This document shows positions 44,062 through 58,100 of a stretch of DNA of 63,956 bases, piece after piece; position 1 is the stretch's first letter, and each line of letters starts with the position of its first letter. Source of the stretch: Spirogloea muscicola (Eukaryota); the NCBI GenBank assembly GCA_009602725.1, contig WELB01000025.1, positions 668,929 to 732,884 of the forward strand, written 5' to 3'. The position numbers and the translations under genes are program-made. The notes beneath the pieces were generated by a model, which was given only the letters and a program-made list of their open reading frames with translations, had not been told where the DNA came from and searched no databases.

Positions 44062-47000
44062 TCACAGCCCAAAGAGTATGTAATACACAATGAGGATTGG
44101 AATGGAGATGACCGTGCCGAAGCTTACCCTGTGCTCAAGCAAGACAATCCAAAACCCATCAGACCAGATCACTTTGATCAAAAAGCGACCAGTATTTTCT
44201 GTCCAAACTGCATCCAATGGTGGTCTACATACTCCTAGGATATTGCCCGGGAATTTACTTATTATTGGAAATTGAAAAAGTTATATCTTAGTGTAGGACT
44301 CCAGCCTTAACTACAATCCACTGCAATCACTTCCCCCACAGACGAATTGCAGAAGATTATGCAGAGTCAAAGAGGACGGGTCCCTACCCAGTGCTGAGCA
44401 CTTCTGCATGGACCTTATACTCATTGGCAAATACAAAAGCCACAATGCCCTGTGGAAGCGCTGCCTGGCAAGAGTTGCAGAGCAGTCATCTCACACTAGA
44501 ATTAGGCTTTGTGAGCATAGGAAACTGCTCCAATATCACAACCTTGGACAAATTCAACACAAAACAAATAATACAACAACAACAAAAAACAACAACTACT
44601 ACAGCAACAACAGCAACTTATGCATCATGTACGCTTGGGGAGAACAAGGCAATGTGCACCTGAAGAGTTGCAATGCGAAGGGTGTCGCCGCGGAGGCCGC
44701 ATGCCGCGGAGATGCCTGCCATAAGGGCAGGCCCAGCAATGAAGCGCGTGGCGAGGGTCCAAGCGGCGATGCATGCGCCGCATGGAACCAGCGTGTTCTG
44801 ACTGCCCATGAAGAGGCCTGCCAATGTTGCAGTGATGGGAGAGTCAGGCAAATACTGCTTTGTCATATAAATTCTTGTTGGCAGGTTATCTTGATTGACC
44901 TGCATATATGTTTCCAACTAGAATAGAACTTGGTCACGCTAGTCTGATGCTTGCTTTTAGGCACTGCTAGAACCTGAACCCTGAATCTCACAGTCCTTTG
45001 TCAAAGTGGCTATAAAGGCACCCCTTATGACTCAAAGCCATACTGACAACAAGCTTGGCCCCATACTACCTAGGCTGTACATTGACATGCCCAGGCCAGT
45101 GCGAGAAATGATGTCCAAGGTGTTCCGTAGCATCAGCGGCATGCCAAAGTCAAAGCTGTTGGACACAGGGGGGATGCACAGAATTGAGAAGCATTATAAG
45201 CACAGCCCTGCAGGTCTCCAGGAATCTGTTCACAATGCATAGGATGGAAACAACAGGGAAATGCAGAACTGCACACTTCCCTGCATACAAGGACTACTCC
45301 GTCACATGCCAGAGCTTCGCAGAAGACACTAGTCGACCATGCATAAGCAATGTCCTTCATGAAGCTCTTCCTTTACGGACAAGGCTTTAATATCATTGAC
45401 GGCATGTGAGGTAGTCTCAAATTTTAGCATATATTCATTGTTGTCGGACAAAAAGCTCACCCAAACGATAGCAGTGAATATGCAACACCAAGAGTGCTTG
45501 AGTACATGTTGGGGTTTGCAATGAGCTTCCGAGCCAGTATTTTGAGTATCAGGCGCCACGAGGACTTCGGCCTCAGAGCAGCCAGTGAGCGCGAGGACGC
45601 CTCGGCAAAGCTGACACCGGCAACACCCCTCCCGCCTTTACTTGTAACCTCCTCAGATACCTTGTGACCTGCCTCACAGTCACTTTCCGATCCATTCATT
45701 TCCCCTTGATCGGATCCTCCGTGTCCTGCAACAAGGATGGGCACGGTCAGACGGACAGGAATGTCAGCCCCCTTCATGCTACCTCTGTGTTAGATGTTCG
45801 GATTGAAGTGCCAATGCTGACCGCAAGCCCGATCTAAGTGTGCATCATGGCACAATAACAAGTGCTTACTGCAAATGATGGAGCTTACTGCAAATAATGG
45901 CCCTTAGGTTTGACCTGAATCTGCAGATGACAGCTCATAGGCCTGCCTGGCAGGGTTGCAAGTACTTTGCTTTACTATCACAAGTATACCTCATGATCTG
46001 GCACAGACTCCAGTGTCATGTGTCAAGATCTTTCAGCACGAGCTTACCCATGCTGTTGCAGGAGCTTGCTTGGTCAGGGGCTGGTCCCGAGCCGGCGTCC
46101 TCGCCAGGGGGGCATTGACTTTCTGCCGCCTTCAAAGGTGGCGGCAGAGCCGTGCACAACGTGGTCGGGGTTTGGTATCCATCACCCTCCATTACTGCTG
46201 TCAACTCAGCAAGGCGTGGCGGGATAGAGAGCACCCGCACACTCTCCGAGATGGCCGCTCGGCATTCAAAAGCCACGATGAGAAAGGAGTACCATATGAT
46301 GACCTGCCGTCAAGAGGGACAATGCTTGCTGCTTATCACAGGCAGTGAGACTTGAAACATATTCATGAACTCTTTGCAGCTGAATCCTAGTCAAGGAGCG
46401 CTGCAGACGCTGTTATGACTGATCTTCTTTTCTGGGGTGCTTACGGGGGTCAGGCTTTGGTGTTCAGGGGCTGTGCTCAGAGCTTTGAGCGCAGGCTCTA
46501 CGTGAAAGCTACCACATTCTCAATTGTTATGTGATGAAAGTGCCAGTACTAGCAAGTGTTTACTGGATTGTAGAAGGTGCCCAACTTCTAAAATTTCCAT
46601 GTCACGAGGGGTGTGGCAGAGGTTCCCTGACCTACATGACCTTGCACGAGTGACTGAATGCGGCCTTACTTGGGCAACAACAATCTGGGCAATGAGGTTC
46701 CCAGCACGAGCACCGTACATGGCAGTAAGCACCGGAACACCTGAGAAGCCGCCATAAGAGCTGCAGAGTAAGGCCACGGACAGGTTTACATTGGACGTAC
46801 CAAGCAGAGGAGGTGGATTCATGTGAGCATGTGAGCACGAACACACTGCTGGGACCAACTAAGACTTTAAAGACCTAGAATTTGGTTGGCAGATCTGTTT
46901 GAGGTGCTATACTCTTTATTCCAAAGCAAACCAATTGAGGCTCTGGATTGAAATTTGTGAAGTGTGCTGAATCTCACCAATGATGAGCGTGTTGGGCAGC

Positions 47001-47572
47001 GTGGCGACCATGAAGATGGTGAGTGACCAGTCGTAGGCCCACGCGCGGAGGCGGTGAGCAGAGGACAGGGTGAAGCGGTGCAGCCACCGCTTGGGCGCCC
47101 AGAAGGCGGCGGCCAGGAGCGAGGCCAGGACCACAGCCTTGCTCACGGTGTCCGCCAAAATGAAGAAGTACTCGATGTGGTAGAGGTTCGTCTCTGCAAT
47201 GAACTGCCGCAAGTAGGAGGGCGACTAAGTATGGTTCTCGGACTCGACGCTGACAAACTTCGAGGCCCCAGCTTCGACTCTACAGTCAGGGGCTGGAGGA
47301 CTGAATTGAGGGTTTAAGCTTGTGAATTGGCACTCGCTTCCAGAGCGGAAGCCATGGCTGGCGACATTGGCGGCTGCATGTGAGCAGTGGGCAGTGCAGA
47401 CCTGGAAGCCGAGGACGGGGACGGCGACGAGGGCGACGACGCGGTTGACGCCGGCGACCTGCTCGGGCGTCAGGATGTGGAACAGGCGCACGGACGCGTA
47501 GCCGAGGCCGATGGCGAAGTAGAGCGGCACCACAGCGCTGAGCACGTGGTATGCGTCGCTGCCGGTGATCAT
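44062..47572 (-). CDS. PIN: PIN-family auxin efflux carrier
   Basis: [96 protein letters not shown] and [21 protein letters not shown]. Confidence 0.95.
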
Positions 47573-49151
47573 GCCTTCCTCCCCTTCTCAACGCCACCCC
47601 CACCTCCGCCCGCCGTCGCCGCAGCATCTTCTGGCGAGCATCGACGTCGGCGCGGCGGCGCAGCGGCGCTTGCGCTCACACTGACGACCACTGCAGAGTG
47701 GGGCGAAGAAGAGAGGCTTGCACTAGATGGGCGATGCTGCAAGTTGGCCAGCCCAGAAAGGAATGAACCAAGTTCGAAGGTGCCAGAGGAAGCGCAGCTC
47801 TACAGTGACCCGAGTGGTGACAGTCTCCGTCGACGGAGACGAGTGTGTCACGGAGTCACTGCTCGCTTCCCAGGCTCAACCTCGTGGCACACGCTTGACG
47901 GCCACCACCCCCGAATGATATGAAGTCTACAGCGACCAAGCTTGGGTAGGATGGCTCACTTGGTACAGCGAGAAAGCCTTGACACTGGCGAATGCACTCA
48001 GCCTGACCAGCTTCCTTGGTCAGCATCCCCGGATTCCACGAGCAGTCTTGCCCGGGGTGGTTTGTGATGGAAGGTATCACAAAGTGGGGCAATGACTGTG
48101 AGAAGGCGCGCGGTGCGCATGAAACGAAAGGATGGCCAATACAAGCCAAGACGCTGTTCAGGCAAAGCTAGTGCCATTGGTGGGGCTACATGAACCGAAG
48201 CCCTATGCTAAGGTGGCTAAGGCTAAGGTAACAGTGTGACGTTGATATGCACACGGAGAGCAGATTCAAAGCCGACAGGCTGACTTAGGGAGCTGCCATG
48301 GAAGCTGGTGGCCGCACTTAGAGCGCGCCCTGCTTGCTGATGAATAGCCAGAGCTCGGAACTTACAAATATTGAGATATTGGCAGGCTTGGCAGCGCTGC
48401 AACAAGCCAGCCCAGCAAAGCAGTCCTATTCATTGTAGAACATTATACCTGTATTGTGAGTCCTATGTTTCAGACCTTGTCCACTCTTTGGGGCTGGCCT
48501 CTCACAGCAACCAGTCAATTTGGAAGCGTTGTACCTCTATTGAGATGCCACTCCTTCACAATGTCACGTGTGGAAATCTGCTGATGTTGCAAGGTCATGC
48601 AGATGACTCTCTGCTGTCGGCATCAGTTGCTCTGACATATCATGTCCCAAACCCCCAAAGCACCATCGCTTTGCTAGGTTAATGCCCATCAATAAAGCTT
48701 ATGTCCAATGTACAGTGCATGCCAGCAACTTACTGCCTCGACTGGTCAGCCACTGGACGACGCAAAAAGTAAGCAGGTCGGGAAAATTTTCCTTGACATG
48801 GTGGAAGGCAACTGATCCCACTTCATATGGCACTGGACGCATCACCCCATACGGATTTTTTGGGGACTTGCAACATCAATGGCGTTTCGCCCAGTACTAA
48901 CCTGTCGGTGGTGAGGTTGCACAAACACTATGCTCATGCCTGGCTTGCCAGTGGTGCAGATGGTGTGTTTGCATCATCACCATAAAACCATCAGCACCAC
49001 TTGCAAGCCATGCAGGACTTCAGCTTGCTAAGACATGGTCCTGCTACTACCAATCTGGCATTGCCTATTGGTCTTTCTGGACCACGTTGTGCTAAAAGGG
49101 GGTGGCAGGCTGAGCAGAGTTGCTGCTTTGGATGCTAACACTTGGTCCTGG

Positions 49152-52100
49152 TCAAAGAATGCTATCCATCTCCTTGAGGGGTTGCAGTTGACCCCAAGAG
49201 GAACCTACTCGTACTTTCACATGCAAGGGAACTGCAAGAAAGACATGCATTGTCCAACGAATGTCACATACTGCAAATGGTCACTAAAGCACTTGTGACG
49301 CAGGCAATGACCACTCGAGCGAAGGTGTTCTCGGTGTAACATGGCACACGTCCTTTCCTCATAATACTAAGGTGAGGCATTATAAGGCATAGAATGAGAG
49401 CTCTCACCACGGAGGCTTGCAGCACTCTCCATGCAGTGGCGGACTTCTGCGGCTGCTTGACGAAGGACCGACTGGTGGACTTCAAGCAGCAGTTCATCAT
49501 GCATCTGCACACAGATGAGCAGTTCATAATAAGGTTCACTGTTGTGAGGGCCACCCATGTCTGACAACTTCTATGAGCGTCATCAAATGCTACTGTAACA
49601 TCCTGTGGCCCTACTATGTGCTTGCTGGTCACCTGGAGCAGCAAATGAACTTTGCCTTCTAGCTCCTTAACAGTAACTTTATCCTCTGTATCTGCTTCTT
49701 TGAGGCTGCCAATACGTGAGTGTAGGTTGAGCATGGCAACCTTGATGATGTCTGCTGCAGAGCCCTGTAGTGAGAATGCCATCAGCATTAAGCTCAGCAG
49801 TCTTAGTCTCACTTCTGCGAAGCCAGCAATTCACTTTTGTCTAACACGGTAACAACAAAGGGGTTGCTTACTTTTAGCAGGTCCTACCAGGTAAGCCTGA
49901 GGGCAAATCTTAGATAGCACACCTGGCAGATTGAGTTGACAGACTGCCGTCTGCCTTTTGCTCGGTCATGGTGAGTCCAACTATTGATCTTGTCTATGAA
50001 TCGTTTCCGCCCATTCAAGGTTGCAACGTACCTGCGCATCAGTCCATCCTAGAATGATGAGAAAGCAGAAGTATGACATGCTTATTGTGCCCAGATGAAG
50101 AGCAACAACCAGCAAGACACTCCTTGCTGTATGTGCTCTGAGTGCTGCTCAAAAACAGCCGCTGCTACAAGCATACGACCTCACAAGTAAAACAAGACAA
50201 AAACTCGAAGCCCAGAACTTGCTCAGGAAACTGTATGTGTGCATCAAAGCAACATGTACAATCTTGTGAAAGATTGTATGAGAATCAGTCTCACCCTCTT
50301 TCTTTGCATGAGGCAATCTCTTGTGCCAGCCAAGACCTGACTCCAGGGTACATATTCAGAAACTCCTCTTTGCGCTTTGTGGCTTCCTCCACACAGCACC
50401 CGAGCTTGTCGGCAAGAGCATCGCATCCCATCCCATAGAGAATGCCATAGACCAACCTCTTTGCTTTTTCGCGCTCCTTCACTGTGACCTCACTGCTGTC
50501 TCTTTTCAGCCAGCTGATGGCAATCATATGGAAAAGGTCACCTGCCAAGGGCCACATATACAAATGCTTGAGTCCAGTAGTTGGCATTTCAAATATCCTT
50601 GCACTCTACAATCAGGACCGTGCTCTTCACAGGAACCTCCACACGACCTCCACAATTGGATGACTGGCTGATGGTTTAGCTATTTCTTAGGAAAGGCTAT
50701 ATTGCTCCTACCGGCAGGTTCACAAAGAATATTGATAAGAGCCCCATCATTTGAAAAATGCGCCATCAATCGAACTTCAATCTGGGAGTAGTCGGCTGAC
50801 AGTAAGACCCAGTCTTTCTGCACAGGCGTTTGGTTTCTCTCAGACGTCTTGCAGCAGACTCGTTACCCACTCAAATGCTGCACTGCTTGACTTCTACCCA
50901 GGAAAACACTCAAACTTGTTACTCCTGAGTACATCAAGTGCAATGTAGATACACATATATGATATCTACCTATATCAGCATGTCCTGCGCAAAAGCAAAC
51001 CTAAATGGCTCCCAAATAGTTAACAGGATAGGATGCCCATGACACAAGGAGACACTGTACCTCATGAGGGAGGAAGAAGCTTCGGGGATTGATTTGCAAG
51101 CTTGTCACACTGTTGTCCTCATCTTTCCAAGTGAACGTAATGGCATGCTCAACGCACTGCTCAACGGCACACATTCCAAGTCTATCAGAGGTCGTGGTTG
51201 AGCTACTTGTGGGGGCAAGCCCGAGGTCAATGAAAGAACAAGGTGCATGGAAGCAGAAGGGAAGGTTAGTCAATTTCTTTCTCTAGAACTTTACATCTTT
51301 CCAAGTGAACGTAATGGCATGCTCAATGCACTGCTCAACGGCACACATTCCAAGTCTATCAGAGGTCGTGGTTGAGCTACTCATGGGGGCAAGCCCGAGG
51401 TCAATGAAAAAAGAAGGTGCATGGAAGCAGAAGGGGAAGATTAGTCAATTTCTTTTCTCTAGAACTTTACATTGGGCAAGCCTGGCACCTATCACTTCAA
51501 GCTCTGACCTGCAAATTTGGATCTTCCATGGCAAGTCGTCCCGTTGACGACGCAGTCTGTTGCCAAGTACCATATATGGTAAAATCATCACTGGCTTTCA
51601 AAGTTGCATCCAGACCCTCAGTAGCACTGCATGTATCTCTGTTCATGTGAAGCCTGCAATCCTCTGTTGGTTTCTTGACGGCAAGTGTACTGTCAGCATC
51701 TTTGCAAGGTTTTGCATAGTGGACTAAAGTCTCGAGGGTCCCATATAGTAGCTTGGAGAGGCTGCGGTGCTCCTGGATGATCTTCACCACTGGGTGCGTA
51801 CCTCTGTAGAAGTAAGGCCAGAAGTAAGTTGTTACGGACAAGCGCTTGCATGATGATTGAACGTGGCAGGTCAACGTCAAGACTGAATTGTTTACTATGC
51901 AAGTATTAGAGCCATCATGAGACTGGCAAAAGCCAGCTCATGATGTGTTGTTAAGGTTGGGATTCAGCTTACTTCAGGCACTCTAATGCCTGCTTATCGG
52001 TGCTGAAGTGTCGCAATCCTTTACTTGCTCCTGGAGGCACAGCAAGCTTGAGATGCGAGTAGAGGACCTCTGCCACCTCAGCAGGGGTAGAGACTGAGAA

Positions 52101-55100
52101 AGTTGTCCCTGAAAGCTGGTGTGCACAGCTCTCTAGTTCCTTGAGCTTCAGCTCCACGGCCTTCTGGCTTTCTTTGCAGGCCTGTTTGTCAAAGCGAATG
52201 CCATGCAGCTCCATGTCCGCCAAGACCCGTACCTACACATGATCAGCCCTCACGGCTGTTACCGAACTCGTCGCAACCATGACAAGGCAAGGCAGGTGAC
52301 TGATTTCTGCCTTACATCGGCAGAACGACTTACCAATGGCATCTCCACGGAGGACAGTGATATCTGGAGATCTTCTGAAAGAATCATCTTGCCAAGAACG
52401 CCATGCAGGGCTCGCACTTGTGCGACCCGCCTGCAGCAGCCATCATGAGAAACCCTTCCGACTTGCCGGGCCCACCTCCCAGCTCTGGCTGCAGATGCAG
52501 CCACTTCAGGTGGAAGGTGCTGCACCACTTTCTGTTCCAATGAGCTTGCTTGTGCTCTCACAGAGCTTTCACGGTCAGGTGATAAGATCCACAATGCAAT
52601 CCTCAGGTCAACAATAGGGTCGTTGAGATGGACGGCCTTCAATTCCAGCAAAGAGTCCTTGTTAGTTGGCAGGTTAACTCCCTGGCTTGCAGTATGAGGC
52701 CCTTGCTCCCAGCTCCCGTACGGCAGCCGCACCACTGGCTTACGGAGAACTTTGACTTGCTCTTTCAGATCCCACCCAATCTTCCTTACACAGCTCCTTT
52801 CGAAGATGCTTCCGAGAGCCTGCCACCGCGTCAGACTTCCAGCAATCACATTGTGACTCCCTGGGCTTTCTTGTACATTCTTGGCTTGGCCTGGCGATCC
52901 ATCCGGTGCCTGGATGTATTTGCTCCTTGCTAGTTTGAAGTAGTGAACCCGAGAGCCCTCCCAGCACATTGCAACACCCTCTAGAATCGGGCGAGGCAGC
53001 TTTTTGCTGATGTGTAAGTCAAAGAAGACATCTTTTGCACCAGCCGAGGATGCAATGAATGCAGGCAATCCTCCTGGCATTTTCTCAATGTTCACGGGCC
53101 CCTGGTCTTCTTTGCCCGCATGACACAAGACAAGCCCTGCTTCTGATGCAGAATGCTCTTCCTTTCCAAGAACATCATGTGTTGCCTTGACTTCAAAGAG
53201 TTTATCTGCACTGCCCTGTTGAGAAGCAATCTTCTGTACTGTGTCACGCCGTTGTCTGGCCATCTCGCCTGATGAGCCATTCCTTGCCGCATCTTTGTCT
53301 TTGACTTCTGGCGCCAGGAGAGAGGACGCAGCTTTCTCGTGCAGCGGCACCAATGTGATAGCACCTTGAGCATTTTGTCCACCTTCAAGCGCACTTAAGC
53401 TGGAGTCTTGAATAGGTGATGATAGTGCCGAAGGAACAGGCAGACCTAGAGTCTGGAAGGTCAACAAGGCCGACAACCTTGCCTCCTCTGCCTTCTCCAA
53501 GACCAGCCGCATAGCACCTGAGACCAAAGTATTCTTCAATCTTAGCTGGTCAATGTGCAACAAAAAAATTTTGCAGCATTTAGCCCCCTTATGCAAGGGG
53601 ATAGAAGTGGGCTTAAAGGGTAAGCAGACCGCTTGCTGAATGTAAAATATGTAGACTGTCAGGCCAGACATCACACGAGATCTTACCCTTCTTGATCTTA
53701 TGCGCGAGAGAGACTAAATTTCTTTGTTTGGCTTCACTGCTATCTCCTCCTGCCAAGGCCTTCACGATTTCTCCTGAGGATGCTTCTGCCACAGCCTGAG
53801 GTGTTCGATAATTTGCCTTGTACAAAGCTCTTGCTCGTGACGCCTGACTTGCACAGATCAGGAGCCTGATCAGCTACGATTGCTGAACTAGAGTACTATT
53901 TTCAGCAGGAACCATGTCCTCATGCACCTTCCATAAAGCTGTTGAGCATATGTTTCCAGGTGAATGTAAGAACCTTGACCTGCAAACAAGTGGGGATATC
54001 CTTTTCTGCAAGGCTCATACCTTGACCAAAGGGATGCTTGTTAATTCAACAATTTCTTGCCGTACTCCATAAGAAACCCTGCGCTGGAATTTCGAGATCA
54101 AGCCTTCCAGATCGTGCCAACCAAGCCTTTCGCAGAAGGTGCAAACCATGCCAGCAAATTTACCAGCTGCATCCTGAAGACCCTGGACCATGCCTCTCTG
54201 CACACCGTAGGTGTCACAGATGGTTGCCAAAGGTACCTCCTGTTGCAGTCAAGGCTCGATGCTGCTTGTTAATATCTTTCCTGCCCAGATTCTCAGAATT
54301 GTCTCTCTCGAGCAAAAACAAGCTTGCCTGGATGTCTCAACCTCAATAACACAAACTGAACACAATTACTAGCTCAGCAAAGCCACACTGGCAATGTCAG
54401 GCTACACAATTCCAAGAGACTGACCTGAACAACTTTGGCTAGAAGAAGCGAGACATAAAAGCGCCTGCATATGCGTAGAGTCCCCTCTATGTCCTTCTCG
54501 TCCTTCTGAAGCCCGTTGAACTTCATGCTCTTGACTCTCCTCCTCATATTTTGGTTCTTGATCTGCCCAATGTGAAGCATCCGCAGTAAAAACGATTCTG
54601 TAACCCCTACTCTGACACCCACTGCCTGTTTACAAGATGATGGAAAGGTCAGGCGCTGACAAATTAAAGGCTTGCAGACTTGGTACTCCTGGATACCTTG
54701 CAGACAGTGAGCTGCAGGCTCAGCTCTCCTGTGGAGAATTAAGGCAAATATCAGGCTGCGGAAATCAAGCATTGGTACAACAAAGAAGTGCCAAGGTTAG
54801 GCAGCAACTCAAGACCTGATCCTGGGGTGAGAGCCTTAGGAAATGACTGTAGTACTTGCTCCAGTCAGGCTCCAAAGTGATGTAGACAGGAGTTACCTAT
54901 GAGCAACATAAACGGGCAAGTTTGTAGAAGGTCAACAGAGGGCGAATGGTGCTGCTTAACGTGCTGGGATTGTAAGCTTGTCCAATGTAGGTCAATCAAA
55001 CAAGCTGAAAGTTGAGTGCTGTGAACATTCACAAAGACCAACTTGAATGAAGGCAGATGAGCAGATAAGGAAGAAGCATCTTCTATCTTGGTGGACAATG

Positions 55101-58100
55101 ATGTAGGACCACTACCTGGTACAGAAGGTGGAGATCAGTGGACAGAACAAAGCCGTCTCTGGCAGTTTTGAGATCGTCATACACAACAAGGGCCTCGTCT
55201 GGTGGGAGGGAGGAGCCAAAGACAGCCCGGCCTAGTGGAGTTGCATCGTACTCTGCCTTAACAGTGTCCCACCTGATTAGCTCTCTGTGACACAGCCACT
55301 TAAGTGCGGCCCGTGCAGAAGCATACACCTGGACCCATGAGGTATTCATGATCTCATGATCAAAATACACAGAAGACACAAGTCCTCTCAAAGAGAACGT
55401 AAGTACTAGATCTACCGCAAGGAGAACGCAGCAACACAACTAAGAGGGCTCACGGTCATGCCACAAGTTCCCTCAATGCGTCGCTAGTGGCTCTAGCTTC
55501 TGGATCCGCGCTTTGAAACCCTGAGCATGCTGGACAGGCGCGCTGACCTCTTCAACAGAGCTTGTGATATGTAGCAGAGTGCATCGAACAAATCGCTGGA
55601 CATCGGCGGGTGTCAAGACCGATGAACCTGCTACAACCTCCAACAATGCCCTGGTAAGGCCATTTTTCTCCTCACTAAGACATGATTGCAGAGGTTTGCA
55701 ATCTCCATTCAGAAGTCGCTCGACCCGCTCAATATCTCCTGGCTTGCACATCACAATCTGAACAGAAAGACTTCCAGATACGAGTCACTTCTCTTGATCT
55801 GTCCACCACTCCAGACACAATATCCTGAGACCCAACATCATTCACCATCTTGCAGTGCTTCTGATCAGTCCATGAATCACACGTCTGCTCCTAAGCACAA
55901 ACTGCTGCCCTTGACATGTCAGATCATACATTTGAGTATGTCATAGAGAGCCCACTACAGATTTATAGATACTCTTGTTTGAGCAGCAATTAAGGGACTC
56001 ACGCATTCGCCCTTCGTGTCAATTCCTGCACGACCAGCACGACCAGCCATCTGCTGGTACTTGGTGCTATCCAAAAAGTCAAGCCCAACTCTAGGTTGTC
56101 TGAAGATGACTCGTCTGGCTGGCAGATTGACTCCTGCCGCAAGAGTGGAAGTGGCACATAATACTTTCACGATACCTCTTCTGAAACAGGTTTCTACCAT
56201 CTCCCTCTCCTCTCCCTGCAAGATAGCTGATCATGTCAAGGTGGCAGTCCTAGAAGTCATTGTGACTACCAAAACTTGTTGCCACCAGTGTAGCTGCATA
56301 AAAGCATTGTGGCTGGAAACGGGACTCACAGTCAAGCCAGCATGATGGTAAGCGACTCCTTTTGGTACTGTTTTAGCTAAAGTAGGGTCAAGGCCACTGG
56401 GGCCTTTCTTCAAATCAGCTACTATGTCCTCCCAACCGGCCTGTAAATTCCCGCTGCTAGGTAGGTACTTGGCCACATGTCGAGCAGAGGACTCACAGTG
56501 ACTCCGTGTTGAACAGAAGATAAGCACTGAGTGCCCATCTCTTATGACCTGCTCAGGAAAGGCCAGCGAAAGCAAGAGCCGGGTAAATCATTGGTGTCCA
56601 TTCATTGTCAAGAAGAGCTTGACTTTCCATTCTTCTCAGCAGACCAAACATGTCCAAGGTGCAATAGATCTTCCTAGCGTGGCTATATTTGTGCTTCGGA
56701 TGAAAAGCAGATCAACACTCTATGCTATTTGCTGCTGGACATGGTTAATGGAGGGCAGGTCTTACTTCATGACAAAGTTCCACGAGTTGATCTGGGTCTT
56801 TGCCATCAATAGTAGCTTGCTTTCTTAGCACCCTCACGCGCTTCATCTTTTTATCATAGATTGTCTCACCAAGCTTCACATATTCCTCTAAAGGAACGGG
56901 CCGGTAATTGGTCTCAAACATCACAGCCTGCAGACAAGCAGCAAGAGTTGTCCAATCAAGCTGGCGTCTAAGTACTTGCAACACACATTGACTGGCTAGA
57001 CGCTCTTGCAGCCAAATAAAGCCCAAACAGCCTCAGAGAAGTCTGAGATTACCAGATGCTGAAAACAGTCATTGAAGGATGGAGCAGCAAGATAGCCAAT
57101 AATTATGCAAAAGGGACACAGAGTCAGCAAAGGCCCGCTTTTGCTGTAGAAAGTCCTGCGAGACTCTGGAAAGGCAGAGTAGCAAGCTAGGCTGGGTTGA
57201 TAGATATGATGTCTTACATGAAGCCAGGTAGCCACTACAGACGTGTTTGGTAATGTGGCACTCATGCCAACTAGTTGCAAACCATCCCCGGCTTCGCTCT
57301 TGCTACTGCTGCCCGCGGCATCAGCCAGGGGTGGGCTATTTCCAGACCCAGCTGCTGTATGCGCGACCGGCTCCCCAAATCCAGCCGAGTACTGCAGTTT
57401 CGTGAGAAGCAGCTCCAAAAGGTAACCGCGGTCTTCATCTCCAATCTGTCACACCAGCCAGATCAGTGTAAGCGAGATCTGAGAAAGGGGCTGAGACGAA
57501 AGGGGTTCACGATTGAAGAGTCAGATGATATCTGTAAGTACATCACAACTGGTAATTCTCGATGATAGCAAGCCAATTTGCATCACTTCAATGATGACCA
57601 ATAAAGGGTGATCTTCGTCTCATTCCTCATAGGCATACCATATGCATCTCATCCACCACAATGATAGCAATCTCCACAAGCCTTCCCTCCTCAAGGAGCT
57701 TGTTGACCACTGTATTGGCCTTCTCTATTGTGCAGACTGCTACAGCACAGTCCTTTGGCAAGGAAGGGCCTCCTTGGGATCCAAAGAAGCAGACCACTCT
57801 TTTGGACAGCGGCTCAAGGAGTGCCTCCATGTGTGCAGCCTGCATTACCACAGTATGCATACAACATCAGACTATGCCATGCTTCTCCTCAAGGCGAGAG
57901 GATATACAGAAAGCCTTCATCAAAGCCAACAATCATTTGCAGTCTACTACCTTCTCTGCAGATAAAGCCACAAAAGGTAACACTATAATGGCCTTCTTAT
58001 TAGTGGCCATGATTCTCCTTATCATAATGATCTCTGCCACCAGGCTTTTTCCAGCACTGACATACATAGGCAAGAAACTTGGTCAGACATAAGCTGCTTT

